From Phycisphaera mikurensis NBRC 102666 (lineage in GTDB: Bacteria > Planctomycetota > Phycisphaerae > Phycisphaerales > SM1A02): a stretch of 64,000 nt of DNA. The notes under the pieces were generated by a model. The model was not told where the DNA came from and did no database searches. It saw nothing but the letters and a program-made list of their open reading frames with translations. A program made the position numbers and the translations under genes. The stretch spans positions 87 to 64,086 of the forward strand of contig CAMDUB010000009.1 of the NCBI GenBank assembly GCA_945878575.1, given 5' to 3'. Positions 9,012-17,656 of the stretch are shown here, in pieces (position 1 is the first letter of the stretch; each line of letters opens with the position of its first letter).

Positions 9012-10127
9012 ATGCGCTCGACCGCCGAACCGACTACCGCCATTGCCAAGCAAGATCGTTGCGGCGACTTGCCACATCGCCCGCGCGTACTGCTGGGAAA
9101 GATGGGGCTTGATGGCCATGATCGGGGTGTGAAGTTGATTGCGCGGGTGATGCGCGACTCAGGAATTCATGTGATTTACAGCGGGCTGTGGCAGACGCCG
9201 CGCAGCCTGGCGATCGGCGCACGCGATGAAGATGTTGATTGCGTTGCGGCTTCGATGATGTCGAATTCGCACTTGGTGTTGGTGCCGCGGCTACTGAATG
9301 AAATGAAGGCGGTTGGTCGCGCTGATATTCCGGTGAACGTCGGCGGCATCATTCCGCAATCGGATGTGCAGGGGCTTCTTGATGCGGGCGTTGCTCGCAT
9401 TTATCACACTGGCACCAGCATGGATGACATTGTCGACAGTGTGCGCGCCACGGTGAAACCGTATGCGCCGGTGGTTTCCAGCGCGCGCGAGGCGGTGCTG
9501 GCACGGCAGATTTCCATGGCGCATGCCGCGTCGCTTCCGGCAGGAACGCCGGTCAAGCGTCCCGCGCGCGTGGTGGGAATCACTGGTTCGCCCGGCGCAG
9601 GCAAGAGCACGCTGGTTGCAGCGATGGCAAATGAAGCGGTTCGTCGCGGGCAACGCATTGCCGTGGTTGCCTTCGATCCGATGAGCCCGATCACTGGCGG
9701 TGCATTGCTTGGCGACCGACTGCGCGTTGACTTCAACGCCGTTGATGACAAAGTGTTCTATCGATCGCTGGCGATTGTTGGCGAGGATTACCGCAGCTTG
9801 CCGGAAATCATCGGCTTGATCGGCGCGGCGGGCTTCGACAGCTTGATCATTGAAACCGTGGGAGCTGGTCAGAATGATGTGGCAATCCGTCAGCATGTCG
9901 ACCGCACCGCGGTGGTAGTGGTGCCAGGCATGGGCGATTCCGTACAGATGGACAAGGCGGGCATTCTGGAGATTGCGGATCTCTTTGTTGCCAACAAGGC
10001 CGATCACGCGGGTGAGGCCAAACTGGTGCGTGAACTCTTAGATATCGCCGGCGGCCGCCCGATTCTGGAAACCATTGCTACCGAGGGCAAGGGCGTGGTT
10101 GAGCTGCTTGATGCGCTGCTGAAGTGA
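9012..10127 (+). CDS. Fusion of a B12-binding domain (methylmalonyl-CoA mutase small-subunit type) with a MeaB/ArgK-type G-protein chaperone
   Basis: The N-terminal half has the cobalamin DxHxxG motif (GLDGHDRGVKLIARVMRDSG). The C-terminal half has a Walker A (GITGSPGAGKSTL), IIETVGAGQND and ANKADH (NKxD), as in MeaB. Confidence 0.8.
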   Translation: MRSTAEPTTAIAKQDRCGDLPHRPRVLLGKMGLDGHDRGVKLIARVMRDSGIHVIYSGLWQTPRSLAIGARDEDVDCVAASMMSNSHLVLVPRLLNEMKAVGRADIPVNVGGIIPQSDVQGLLDAGVARIYHTGTSMDDIVDSVRATVKPYAPVVSSAREAVLARQISMAHAASLPAGTPVKRPARVVGITGSPGAGKSTLVAAMANEAVRRGQRIAVVAFDPMSPITGGALLGDRLRVDFNAVDDKVFYRSLAIVGEDYRSLPEIIGLIGAAGFDSLIIETVGAGQNDVAIRQHVDRTAVVVVPGMGDSVQMDKAGILEIADLFVANKADHAGEAKLVRELLDIAGGRPILETIATEGKGVVELLDALLK

Positions 10128-10251
10128 CTGGCGCGGCGTGATTGCCGGAGGGTCATCCGCGCACCCGAACTCTCTACACTGTGGCGCTCGCGGCGGACCG
10201 ATCCGCGCGCGCACTGCTCGTTACCCCGCTACCTGATTTGAGGAGATTTCC

Positions 10252-11787
10252 ATGTCCGTTGAACTGAAGCCCAACTGCAATCAAGCGCTCGAACTCGGTA
10301 AGTACGCCTGCGAATTCATGCGGAGTGCTTCGCCGTCGGAGTCGGTGCAAGAGCGCACTAAGCTCTTTCATACGGACAGCGTCTTGTGCGGCATCAGCGC
10401 GGTAGCCCTGTGCGCAAACGCGCCGGTGGTCCTGCGCGAAGAGGCGCTGGAATATCCAAACGCGCACGGCGTTCCGTTCTTTGGAAGCACCGTGAAGGTT
10501 GCGCCGGAGAAGGCGATCGTTGCGAACAGCAGCGCGGTGCGCGAGTGGGATTCCAACGGCACAAACTTTGGATTCCGCAAGGAACTTGGCTTCATTGCAG
10601 GCGAGTTTGGGCACAATGATTTCTATCCAGTAGCGATTGCTGCGGCGCAGATGAAGGGCCTTGATGGCGCCGCGGCGCTACGCGGCATGATGCTTTCGGA
10701 TGAGATTCGTGGACGCCTTGCGGAGGTGTTCAGTCTCAAGACCTACAAGATTGACCATGTGGTGCACGGCGCGATTGCCAGTGCGGCTACGTGGGGCGCC
10801 ATGATGGGCGCGACGCCGGAACAGATTGAGAGTGCTATTGGCATGGTGGTTGCGCACTACATTCCGTGGCGCGCCATTCGCGCTGGCAAGCAGCTCAGTG
10901 ATTCCAAGGGCGCGAGCGCGGCGATCAGTACTGAAGTTGCGGTGCTGAGCATGATGCGTTCCATGCGCGGATTCATCGGACCGAAGGACATCTTCCGCAA
11001 TCCAGAGAGCATGTTCCGGCAGTTTGAGAAGACCGCGGGCGACAGTCCGTTCCCGTTGGTGTTGAGTACCACGGGCGATGACTTTGCAGTGATGGGCATG
11101 CACTTCAAGCTTGGGTTGTATGAGCACCAGAGTGCGGGCGCGCTGCAAGGGATGATCGACTTGATGCGCAAGCATCCGGAGATCTTGGAGAATCCGGGGC
11201 TGATTAAGGGCATCAAGATTGTCGCGTACGAGCCGGCGTTTGGCATCATTGGCGATCCAGCGAAGCGCGATCCAAAGACGCGGCAGAGTGCGGACCATTC
11301 GATGGTGTACATCGTGGGAACACTGCTGCGAAAGGCTGTGGAGAAGGCCGCGGAGATGAAGAGTGGCAAGATTGCTGACGGCAACGATGCCATGTGGAAG
11401 ACGCTGTTCTTAGCGCCGTACGACTATGACCCGGCGGCGATCGTGAATAAGACCACGCGCGCGTTCATGGAAAAGATGACGTTCGAGCATGGCGGCGCGG
11501 AGTACGACCGCAACTATCCGGACGGCATTCCAACGAGTGTGGTGATTACGACGACGGATGGAAGGACGCTTGACAGTGGTTTCGTGATGTATCCGAGCGG
11601 ACATGCGCGGAATACCAGCGCAAACCTGAAAGACATCTTGGCGAACAAGTTCGAGCGGCTTGGCGCGCTCGCGATGGATGATCCGAAGCCGCTGGTGGCG
11701 AAGTTGAACGCCATTGAGAAGCTGGACGCGAAGCAGTTGGCGGAGGTGTACGACTTCCGGATTGTGAGTCGCGGGAAGTTTGAGTGA
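10252..11787 (+). CDS. prpD: MmgE/PrpD family protein (2-methylcitrate dehydratase-like)
   Basis: 511-aa ORF. Blocks SADHSMVYIVG, FKLGLYEHQSAGALQGM and MYPSGHARNT parallel E. coli PrpD (DRDHCIQYMVA, FKISFPAEFHSQTAVEAA, EYPIGHARRR). Confidence 0.75.
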   Translation: MSVELKPNCNQALELGKYACEFMRSASPSESVQERTKLFHTDSVLCGISAVALCANAPVVLREEALEYPNAHGVPFFGSTVKVAPEKAIVANSSAVREWDSNGTNFGFRKELGFIAGEFGHNDFYPVAIAAAQMKGLDGAAALRGMMLSDEIRGRLAEVFSLKTYKIDHVVHGAIASAATWGAMMGATPEQIESAIGMVVAHYIPWRAIRAGKQLSDSKGASAAISTEVAVLSMMRSMRGFIGPKDIFRNPESMFRQFEKTAGDSPFPLVLSTTGDDFAVMGMHFKLGLYEHQSAGALQGMIDLMRKHPEILENPGLIKGIKIVAYEPAFGIIGDPAKRDPKTRQSADHSMVYIVGTLLRKAVEKAAEMKSGKIADGNDAMWKTLFLAPYDYDPAAIVNKTTRAFMEKMTFEHGGAEYDRNYPDGIPTSVVITTTDGRTLDSGFVMYPSGHARNTSANLKDILANKFERLGALAMDDPKPLVAKLNAIEKLDAKQLAEVYDFRIVSRGKFE

Positions 11788-11871
11788 GGTGGTGGGGGGC
11801 GGGGCGACCTCGGGATCAGAAGTTCGGCGGCAGTTGATCGGATTGTTGCTTTCGCGTGCTACCCTTTCGAC

Positions 11872-12402
11872 ATGGATTGGCGTCAACGAATTTCTGTAGA
11901 CCCCGGCCCCGATGGTCCCTTCCTCGGGGGATACAAGAATGATACGGGTGCTCTGACTTGGATTACGAATGAAACTGTGGACTACCTAGGGTGGGGACCC
12001 AGTGAACCAAACGGCGGGCTCTCGGAGAGATACGTCCACCTCAAACTCTATGGCAAGCAGTCGGCTTGGAACGATTGCCCTTCCCCCTACGCAATCAGTT
12101 TCATCGTTGAATGGGACGCCGACTGCAACAACGACAACATCGTCGACTACGGTCAAATCCTCAACGGTCAACTCGCCGACACCAACACCAACGGCATCCC
12201 CGATTGCTGCGAGCCCGGCAACAACTGCTGCGTCGGTGACATCTACGTGAATCACATCATCGACGGCGGCGATCTCGGCGTGCTCCTCAGCGAATGGGGC
12301 GTCGTGACGCCAACCACGAATTCAGACCTCAATCGGGACGGATTCGTGAATGGCGCAGATCTCGGCATGCTGCTCGCCAATTGGGGACCGTGCGGGGCCT
12401 AA
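11872..12402 (+). pseudogene. 5'-truncated C-type-lectin-domain / dockerin-like repeat protein (probable gene remnant)
   Basis: Only the C-terminal two-thirds of a CTLD is present (W..EPN...WNDCPSPYAISFIVEW), followed by dockerin/EF-hand-like repeats (DLNRDGFVNGADLGMLLANWG). There is no signal peptide, and the frame is open back to the prpD stop with no better start. Confidence 0.5.
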
Positions 12403-12414
12403 CCCCGCTCCCCC

Positions 12415-12448
12415 GAAAATAGGGACAGTGGTGAACGGCACCTATTTA
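12415..12448. repeat. Palindromic repeat element, copy 1 (core GGTGAACGGCACCTATTTA)
   Basis: gaaaatagggacagtggtgaacggcacctattta. The arms AAATAGG/CCTATTT pair. It lies between convergent genes, and its last 3 nt (tta) are the fbp stop codon. Near-identical copies lie at 19586-19647 and 50191-50225. Confidence 0.8.
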
Positions 12449-13459
12449 CAGGTGCGCCACCACCGCGGCGACTTCGTTCTTCGACCCCAGCACCAGCGGC
12501 ACGCGTTCGTGCATTTGGCTTGGGACGATGTCCATCGTGCGTTGACCAGCAGCGGTGACGCTCGCACCGCCGGCTTGCTCCACTAGGAAACTCATTGGAT
12601 TTGCTTCGTAGAGGAGCCGCAGCTTTCCGTTCGGATGCTTCTTGGTCGGCGGATACAAGAACACGCCGCCGTTCATCAGCGTGCGGTGCATATCCGCAAC
12701 CATCGAGCCGATGTAGCGGCTGCTGTAGCCGTTCTGGTGCGCCCACTTCAAGTACTTCTGGAAGCCCTCCGGGAAGCCCTCGGCATTGGCCTCGTTCACG
12801 GAATAAATCTTCTTGCTCGCGGGCATCTGAATGTTGCTCTGCACCAACATAAAACTGCCGATCGACGAATCGAGTTCAAACATGTGCACGCCGCGACCAG
12901 TGGTGATCACGAACACCGTGCTCGATCCGTACAACACGTAGCCCGCGGCCACCTGCTGATGACCAGCCTGGCACACCGTCTCCACCGCGCCGTGAATCTT
13001 TGGGTCGTTGCGCAGAATCGTGAAGATGGTGCCGACGCCAACCGCAGTGTCAAGATTGCTTGAGCCATCCAGCGGGTCGAACAACACGCAGTACTTGCCG
13101 CCCTCGTGGCCGCGGCGCAGAATGGTCGGTTGCTCCTCTTCCTCGCTGCCAAGCACCGCGATCGATCCGCGACCGCCGAGCACGCGCATGATCACCTCGT
13201 TGGCGATTACATCCATGTGCAACTGATCCTCGCCCTGCACATTGATGGTGCCGTCTTCGCCCAGCACGTTCTGCAAGCGCACGTGGCGCACCTTGTGCGC
13301 GATGATCTTGGCGGCAAGACTGATGGCGCTGATGATCCAACTGAAATCGCCCGACGCGCCCGGATAGCGCGTTTCCTCCTCCAGGATGAACGACTGGAGC
13401 GAGACGAGGTTGTCGGTGACCACCCGGCGTGGTGGCTGCTGCTCTGTGGAATCCGGCAT
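12446..13459 (-). CDS. fbp: Fructose-1,6-bisphosphatase class I
   Basis: GKYCVLFDPLDGSSNLD, YGSSTVFVITTG and GGVFLYPPTKKHPNGKLRLLYEANPMSFLVEQAGG are class I FBPase blocks. I prefer the start MPDSTEQQ at 13459 over the ORF-track start at 13510. Confidence 0.9.
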   Translation of the reverse strand: MPDSTEQQPPRRVVTDNLVSLQSFILEEETRYPGASGDFSWIISAISLAAKIIAHKVRHVRLQNVLGEDGTINVQGEDQLHMDVIANEVIMRVLGGRGSIAVLGSEEEEQPTILRRGHEGGKYCVLFDPLDGSSNLDTAVGVGTIFTILRNDPKIHGAVETVCQAGHQQVAAGYVLYGSSTVFVITTGRGVHMFELDSSIGSFMLVQSNIQMPASKKIYSVNEANAEGFPEGFQKYLKWAHQNGYSSRYIGSMVADMHRTLMNGGVFLYPPTKKHPNGKLRLLYEANPMSFLVEQAGGASVTAAGQRTMDIVPSQMHERVPLVLGSKNEVAAVVAHL

Positions 13460-13533
13460 AAAGTGAACGATATCATTCGCGACCCGGCTGCATTCGCACG
13501 CAGCCCACACTTCAGAGAATCAGGAATCCACCC

Positions 13534-14706
13534 ATGAACCAGCCCGTCATCGTCGCCGCTCGTCGTACCCCGATCGGAAAGTTCTTTGGCAGCCTCGCGC
13601 GCGTTCCGGCGCCGGTTCTCGGCAGTTATGCCATCAAGGCGCTGCTTGAGGACGCCCCGGCCGCCAAGGGCCACGTGGAGGCGTGCATCATGGGCAACGT
13701 GCTGCAGGCTGGCGTTGGTCAGAATCCGGCGCGCCAGGCGGCGCTCAAGGCTGGAATCGGCGAGACCGTCAATGCGGTCACTGTGAACAAGGTCTGCGGC
13801 TCCGGCCTTGAAGCCGTGATGCAAGCCGCGAACATGATCCGGCTCGGCGACGCGCACTGCGTGGTGGCCGGCGGCATGGAGAACATGGACTTGGCGCCGC
13901 ACCTGGCGCAGGTGCGCGGCGGGATCAAGTACGGCGAGGGCAAGCTGATCGACCACATGCAGTTCGATGGTCTCACCTGTGCGTTTGAGAATTGGCCAAT
14001 GGGGAACGCCGCCGAACACACTGCTGCAAGCTGCGGCGTCACCCGCGTTGCGCAAGATGCGTTCAGCGCGGAGAGCAATCGACGTGCAGCGGAGGCAACC
14101 AAGAACGGTTGGTTCAAGGCAGAGATCGTTCCGCTGTCAGCTGAACAGTGCATGGCGAAGACTGGTTTGGATGCGGATGAAGGTTTCCGCGCGGACACCA
14201 CGGCGGACGGCCTTGCGAAGTTGCGCGCCGCGTTCACGAAGGACGGCACGGTGACCGCTGGTAATGCGAGTCAGATTTCTGACGGCGCTGCGGCGGTGCT
14301 GGTGATGAGCGAATCGAAGGCGAAGGAACTTGGCCTGAAAGTGCTGGCGCGGATTGTTGGCTACGGCACCTCTGGTGTGGCGCCAAAGGACTTGTTTACG
14401 GCGCCGAAAGTTGGCATCGAACAACTGCTACAGAAGACCGGCAAGACGGTCGCGGACATTGATCTCTTTGAGGTGAACGAGGCGTTTGCAGCCCAAGTGC
14501 TGGCGAATGTCACGCCACTGGCGATCCCGCACGAGAAATTGAACATCTGCGGCGGCGGCGTGGCCCTCGGCCACCCGATCGGCGCGAGCGGTGCGCGCGT
14601 CCTCGTGACGCTCATCCACCAACTGCACCGCACCGGCGGCAAGCGCGGCATCTGCAGCCTATGCCTCGGCGGCGGCAACGCGGTGTCAATGATGGTTGAA
14701 ATATAA
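13534..14706 (+). CDS. Acetyl-CoA C-acetyltransferase (thiolase II)
   Basis: 390 aa. MNQPVIVAARRTPIGKF, the active-site region NKVCGSGLEAVMQAA, and C-terminal NICGGGVALGHPIGASGARV...LCLGGGNAVSMMVE. Confidence 0.9.
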   Translation: MNQPVIVAARRTPIGKFFGSLARVPAPVLGSYAIKALLEDAPAAKGHVEACIMGNVLQAGVGQNPARQAALKAGIGETVNAVTVNKVCGSGLEAVMQAANMIRLGDAHCVVAGGMENMDLAPHLAQVRGGIKYGEGKLIDHMQFDGLTCAFENWPMGNAAEHTAASCGVTRVAQDAFSAESNRRAAEATKNGWFKAEIVPLSAEQCMAKTGLDADEGFRADTTADGLAKLRAAFTKDGTVTAGNASQISDGAAAVLVMSESKAKELGLKVLARIVGYGTSGVAPKDLFTAPKVGIEQLLQKTGKTVADIDLFEVNEAFAAQVLANVTPLAIPHEKLNICGGGVALGHPIGASGARVLVTLIHQLHRTGGKRGICSLCLGGGNAVSMMVEI

Positions 14707-14846
14707 ATTCGTCCCGTTCCTCCCGGACCAATTTATATTCGCAAACATTCGTCCCGTTCCTCCCGACCGATTTAAAATGGTCCCGGGAGGAAAGGGACCA
14801 TTTTGTGTGCTGATTTAAAATGGTCCGGGAGGAACGGGAGCAATTT
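14705..14846. repeat. Four copies of a ~30-nt unit (core TCCCGTTCCTCCCGGACC) arranged as nested inverted repeats
   Basis: Direct copies R1 14705-14734 and R2 14746-14774, then inverted copies R3 14775-14805 and R4 14817-14846. R1 is complementary to R4 at 27 of 30 positions. R3 is itself a hairpin (AAAATGGTCCC/GGGACCATTTT) followed by TTTTGTGTG. The array fills the gap between convergent genes. Confidence 0.85.
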
Positions 14847-14855
14847 GTTTGATGG

Positions 14856-15524
14856 TCACGGCGACGGCCGAATCGAACGCAACTTCATGCCGTCTGGCGT
14901 CTGCTCAAACTCTATGACGCGGAACTTGAACTGGTCCCACAGGTGCGGTGACAAGGTGGCGCGCGTCAGGCCAGGTGCCACTTGTTTCATGGAAAGATCT
15001 GACCCCACCGCGTTGAATCGCATGCGGTTGAGCAACTCCATGGTGACGCGCCGATTGTCCTTGCACCACTTGTCAAACCCCTCAAAGCCGCCGTTCTGCT
15101 TCCATTCCGCGCGCGCTTCCGGCGCGAGCAGTTGGTCCCACATCAACTGATATTCCTCGTTGCGAAAGCACGCCATGGTGTTCGCCACCACGTGCTCCGG
15201 CATCATGCACCGCAACACCACCGTGCCGTCATCAAGTTGTTCGCGCGGTTCAAATGCTTTCGCAGCAATCGGCTTGCCGTCCGCGCCGAGCTTCGGCGGC
15301 AACGGCGCAGTGCGTGGACCCGCCTTGGAAATCACTGTCTCGCCGATCGGCCGATCCACAAAGATCACTTTGGTGCCGTCCCGCAGAACCATTTCCTTCG
15401 GCGCATCACCGTCCGCCATGTAACTCGGTCGGTATCGATACTCCACGCGCTCCGGCGTGCACGCGGAAAGCATCACCGCGGCAACAAGTGAAAGCGCCGC
15501 CGCATTGAACAGTCCACACGTCAT
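14856..15524 (-). CDS. Hypothetical lipoprotein
   Basis: The internal ATG at 15524 gives MTCGLFNAAALSLVAAVMLSAC (a lipobox) and overlaps the nadB stop as ATGA. No family recognised. Confidence 0.6.
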   Translation of the reverse strand: MTCGLFNAAALSLVAAVMLSACTPERVEYRYRPSYMADGDAPKEMVLRDGTKVIFVDRPIGETVISKAGPRTAPLPPKLGADGKPIAAKAFEPREQLDDGTVVLRCMMPEHVVANTMACFRNEEYQLMWDQLLAPEARAEWKQNGGFEGFDKWCKDNRRVTMELLNRMRFNAVGSDLSMKQVAPGLTRATLSPHLWDQFKFRVIEFEQTPDGMKLRSIRPSP

Positions 15525-17188
15525 TTCGTGTGCCCCGCCGGTACACCCGATGACCCCAGCGCTGACATCACGGGATCTAACTGGCTGATCGACCACGCCA
15601 CATGATGCGCGTGTGCCGGATCCGTTTCAGGCACATCGGTTCGCTGATGCGTACCGCGGCTCTCATTCCGCGCGAGCGCAGCGCGCGTCATCAAGAGGCC
15701 CACCGTGAGAAGATTCTGCACTTCCCAACCTTCAGGCGTGGAGAACACCTCGTCCATTCCATAGCGACCCCAGAATGCAAACATCGAAAGCACATCGGTG
15801 AGATGCGCACCGCTACGTTCGATGCCAACGTTGCGCCACATGGCGCTGCGAAGACTCGAGCGAATGTCTGCTAAATCCAGTTCTCCATGCGCTGCCGTGT
15901 GCACTTCGCTGACGATCGCTCGCGGCAACACCTCGGGCGGCGCCTCGCGTGCAATGGAAACCGCTACGCGCCTGCCGAACACCAGTCCATCAAGCAAACT
16001 GTTTGAAGCCAAGCGATTGGCACCATGGACTCCGTTGGCAGCCACCTCGCCGCACGCCCACAGTCCCGGCAGCGAAGTACGACCATCAAGATCCGTGCGC
16101 ACTCCGCCGATCATGTAATGCGCCGCTGGAGTCACCGGAATTCGATCGCGTGTTGGATCAATATCGAACCCTGCCAGCATGCGTGCAAGACCTGGGAAGC
16201 GCTCGGCAAATCGCCCCGGCGCAAAGTGCCGGCAGTCAAGAAATACATGACTCTCGCCGCTACCTGCAAGATGGCGAACGATCGACTTGCTCACCACATC
16301 ACGCGGCGCAAGCTCCGCCATCGGATGGAGACCCTGCATGAATCGATCGCCGTTGCGATTGACAAGATGCGCTCCCTCGCCGCGCACCGCTTCACTAATG
16401 AGCATGCGCCCCGCACCTGCAACGTACAGCGCGGTGGGGTGAAACTGGAAGAATTCAAGATCGGAGAGTTCCGCGCCCGCGCGCCACGCCATGGCAACGC
16501 CGTCGCCAGTGGCAACTTTCGGGTTGGTGGTTTCGCGGAACACCTGCCCTGCTCCGCCGGAAGCAAGCACGGTGGCGCGCGCCCACATGATCTGCAACCT
16601 GTGGCGCGGGTGCCAAGTCAGCGCGCCGAGTATGCGCCCCGACCCATCCGCAGCGCGCAGCAGGTCAATGACAAAGCAGCGGTCGAACACGCGAATGCCG
16701 CGCGTCGCGCGCACACGCTCAATCAAGCAACGCGCCAGTTCATAGCCCGTTGCATCACCATCGGTATGCACGATCCGCGCGTGATGATGCCCACCCTCCA
16801 GACCAAGCGCAGGCGAACCATCCGCCGCGCGATCGACACGCATGCCCCACTCCAAGAGTCGCGCGATCTCATGGCGACCCTCATGAACAAGCGCATTCAC
16901 CGCACCAACATCACAGAGACCGGCGCCCGCTTCCAATGTGTCCGCAACATGGCTCGCCACCGTGTCTTGATCGGAAAGCACTGCAGCAATTCCGCCCTGC
17001 GCCCAACTGGTGTTGGAAAGATCAACCGCCTCTTTCGCCAAGATAATCACATCACCGTGGGCGGCAGCCTCAATCGCAGTTCGAAGCCCCGCCACGCCCG
17101 TACCGATCACCAGCACATCCGTGAAGATCTGCGGCAGCAATGCACTGCGAAACGGAATCAGAAATCGGCGGTCGTGGTAGATGTGCAT
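15521..17188 (-). CDS. nadB: L-aspartate oxidase
   Basis: 555 aa. FAD-binding N-terminus DVLVIGTGVAGLRTAIEAA, then SNTSWAQGGIAAVL and the HYMIGGVRTD and GLWACGEVAANGVHGANRLASNSLL blocks. Confidence 0.9.
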   Translation of the reverse strand: MHIYHDRRFLIPFRSALLPQIFTDVLVIGTGVAGLRTAIEAAAHGDVIILAKEAVDLSNTSWAQGGIAAVLSDQDTVASHVADTLEAGAGLCDVGAVNALVHEGRHEIARLLEWGMRVDRAADGSPALGLEGGHHHARIVHTDGDATGYELARCLIERVRATRGIRVFDRCFVIDLLRAADGSGRILGALTWHPRHRLQIMWARATVLASGGAGQVFRETTNPKVATGDGVAMAWRAGAELSDLEFFQFHPTALYVAGAGRMLISEAVRGEGAHLVNRNGDRFMQGLHPMAELAPRDVVSKSIVRHLAGSGESHVFLDCRHFAPGRFAERFPGLARMLAGFDIDPTRDRIPVTPAAHYMIGGVRTDLDGRTSLPGLWACGEVAANGVHGANRLASNSLLDGLVFGRRVAVSIAREAPPEVLPRAIVSEVHTAAHGELDLADIRSSLRSAMWRNVGIERSGAHLTDVLSMFAFWGRYGMDEVFSTPEGWEVQNLLTVGLLMTRAALARNESRGTHQRTDVPETDPAHAHHVAWSISQLDPVMSALGSSGVPAGHTK

Positions 17189-17297
17189 GGAACAACCAAC
17201 ATCCTAGGCAAGGACTGCCCTGAGCCTCGACGAATAGCGCGCGGGCGGTTTCAGAACACATGCCTGACACCTCATCATGCGCGTGCGACCCTTTCCG

Positions 17298-17567
17298 TCA
17301 CGCCCCATACGCATCGAGCGCCTTCTTGCCGAACACCGTACCCGGTCCACCGTTCATCAGCGTGCAAATATCAAGCGTTTCCTTCAGTTCTTGCAGGGTT
17401 ACGCCAGCAACTTTGGCGGCCTTCGTGTGATGAACAATGCAGCCCTCACACAGGCGGGAAACACCACAGGCGATAGCTATCAGTTCCTTGGTCTTGGTGT
17501 CGAGTGCATTGGGAGCGAGGCTGACGTGATGAAGTTGCTTGAATACTGCGCCGGTTTCTGGGGTCAT
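17298..17567 (-). CDS. Carboxymuconolactone decarboxylase / AhpD-like family protein
   Basis: An 89-aa product starts at MTPETGAVFKQL (ATG at 17567). It has the CxxC core LCEGCIVHH typical of the CMD/AhpD family. The upstream ORF-track extension has no coding character. Confidence 0.7.
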   Translation of the reverse strand: MTPETGAVFKQLHHVSLAPNALDTKTKELIAIACGVSRLCEGCIVHHTKAAKVAGVTLQELKETLDICTLMNGGPGTVFGKKALDAYGA

Positions 17568-17656
17568 GTGAGTTCCTGTCGGTGTTGAGTGAATTGAAGT
17601 AGCCAACGCATGTGAATACCCATATGAGCCAATGGCCGACGATCGGTTCCCAAATT

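Noticed and set aside
11791-11815. Partial copy of the 3' end of the ~200-bp repeat upstream of the truncated lectin gene (ggggggcggggcgacctcgg versus ggagggggcggtgggcgactccg).
   Set aside because: The match is short, G-rich, low-complexity and needs an indel, so it could easily be chance. It is mentioned only as a possible hint that both dockerin-type genes once shared the same upstream element.
11872-12402. Diversity-generating retroelement target, since a C-type lectin fold is the classic DGR variable-protein scaffold.
   Set aside because: There is no reverse transcriptase, no template/variable repeat pair, and the lectin domain is N-terminal and truncated rather than a C-terminal variable region.
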